DNA of 64,000 nt from Mobula hypostoma (taxonomy: Eukaryota): contig NC_086108.1 in the NCBI RefSeq assembly GCF_963921235.1, forward strand, positions 114,144,001 to 114,208,000, given 5' to 3'. Below, in pieces: positions 63,801-64,000 of this stretch (its first letter is position 1; the number at the start of each line of letters is the position of its first letter). Made by a program: the position numbers and the translations under genes. The notes below the pieces were generated by a model. The model was not told the origin of the DNA. It saw nothing but the letters and a program-made list of their open reading frames with translations, and made no database searches.

Positions 63801-64000
63801 TGACCACCTCACTCCTCACCCGAACGGGAGACCTGATGACAGGCTCTACCCCATCCCCGGGACCAGTGAGAGAGGGGGGCCCCACCACCTCGAGATGCAG
63901 AATTCCTCCCTCATTCCAGACATAAGCTTGCTGGGTCGTACCCATCCCCACACCCTTGTCACCCTCCCCAGAAACAGCACGAGGAGAGTCCCCAACATGC
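60830..64000 (-). mobile_element. Tx1-like LINE remnant (ORF1 tail, APE endonuclease, C-terminal zinc finger; most of RT deleted), interrupted by a CR1 fragment at ~61782-62240
   Basis: HFVNVYTP...FILGGDFNC (62438-62986), SDHHRLW, YWHFNDRLLED...WESWQ, CPFCGREESVYHTYTECESLQPLF. Confidence 0.85.
63555..63906. repeat. ~131-137 bp tandem repeat x2.6 in the presumed Tx1 ORF1 region
   Basis: gctctaccccatcc...ggaccagtg..agaggg.ggccccaccacctc..gatgcagaattc starts at ~63573, 63710 and 63841. Confidence 0.9.

Overview
Eukaryotic, repeat-dominated DNA. The repeat repertoire (CR1 LINEs, Penelope-like elements [PLEs], Rex1/Babar, RTE, Tx1, V-SINE/HE1-type SINEs, Tc1, pogo/Tigger, Harbinger, hAT, Chapaev-like) suggests a cartilaginous fish, probably a ray; this is inference. 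Almost every listed ORF is a transposon fragment or an antisense shadow of one. I found no intact host CDS. The only host-gene-like signals are a CpG island at ~37.2-38.2 kb (GC box, CCAAT box, possible first coding exon of an unidentified gene), an enhancer-like unique block at ~49.7-50.1 kb and a CTCF-like site at 11.35 kb. The most interesting layer is RNA. (i) About ten copies of a minimal type I hammerhead ribozyme motif lie in PLE pseudo-LTRs, some inside tiny fold-back insertions with target-site duplications (TSDs). (ii) A decayed twister ribozyme lies at the exact 5' end of a short non-autonomous RTE-type element, and its predicted U^A cleavage site coincides with the element/TSD boundary. 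Several multi-level nested insertions can be reconstructed from TSDs. Boundaries of old repeats are approximate and family names come from motif recognition, not database searches.
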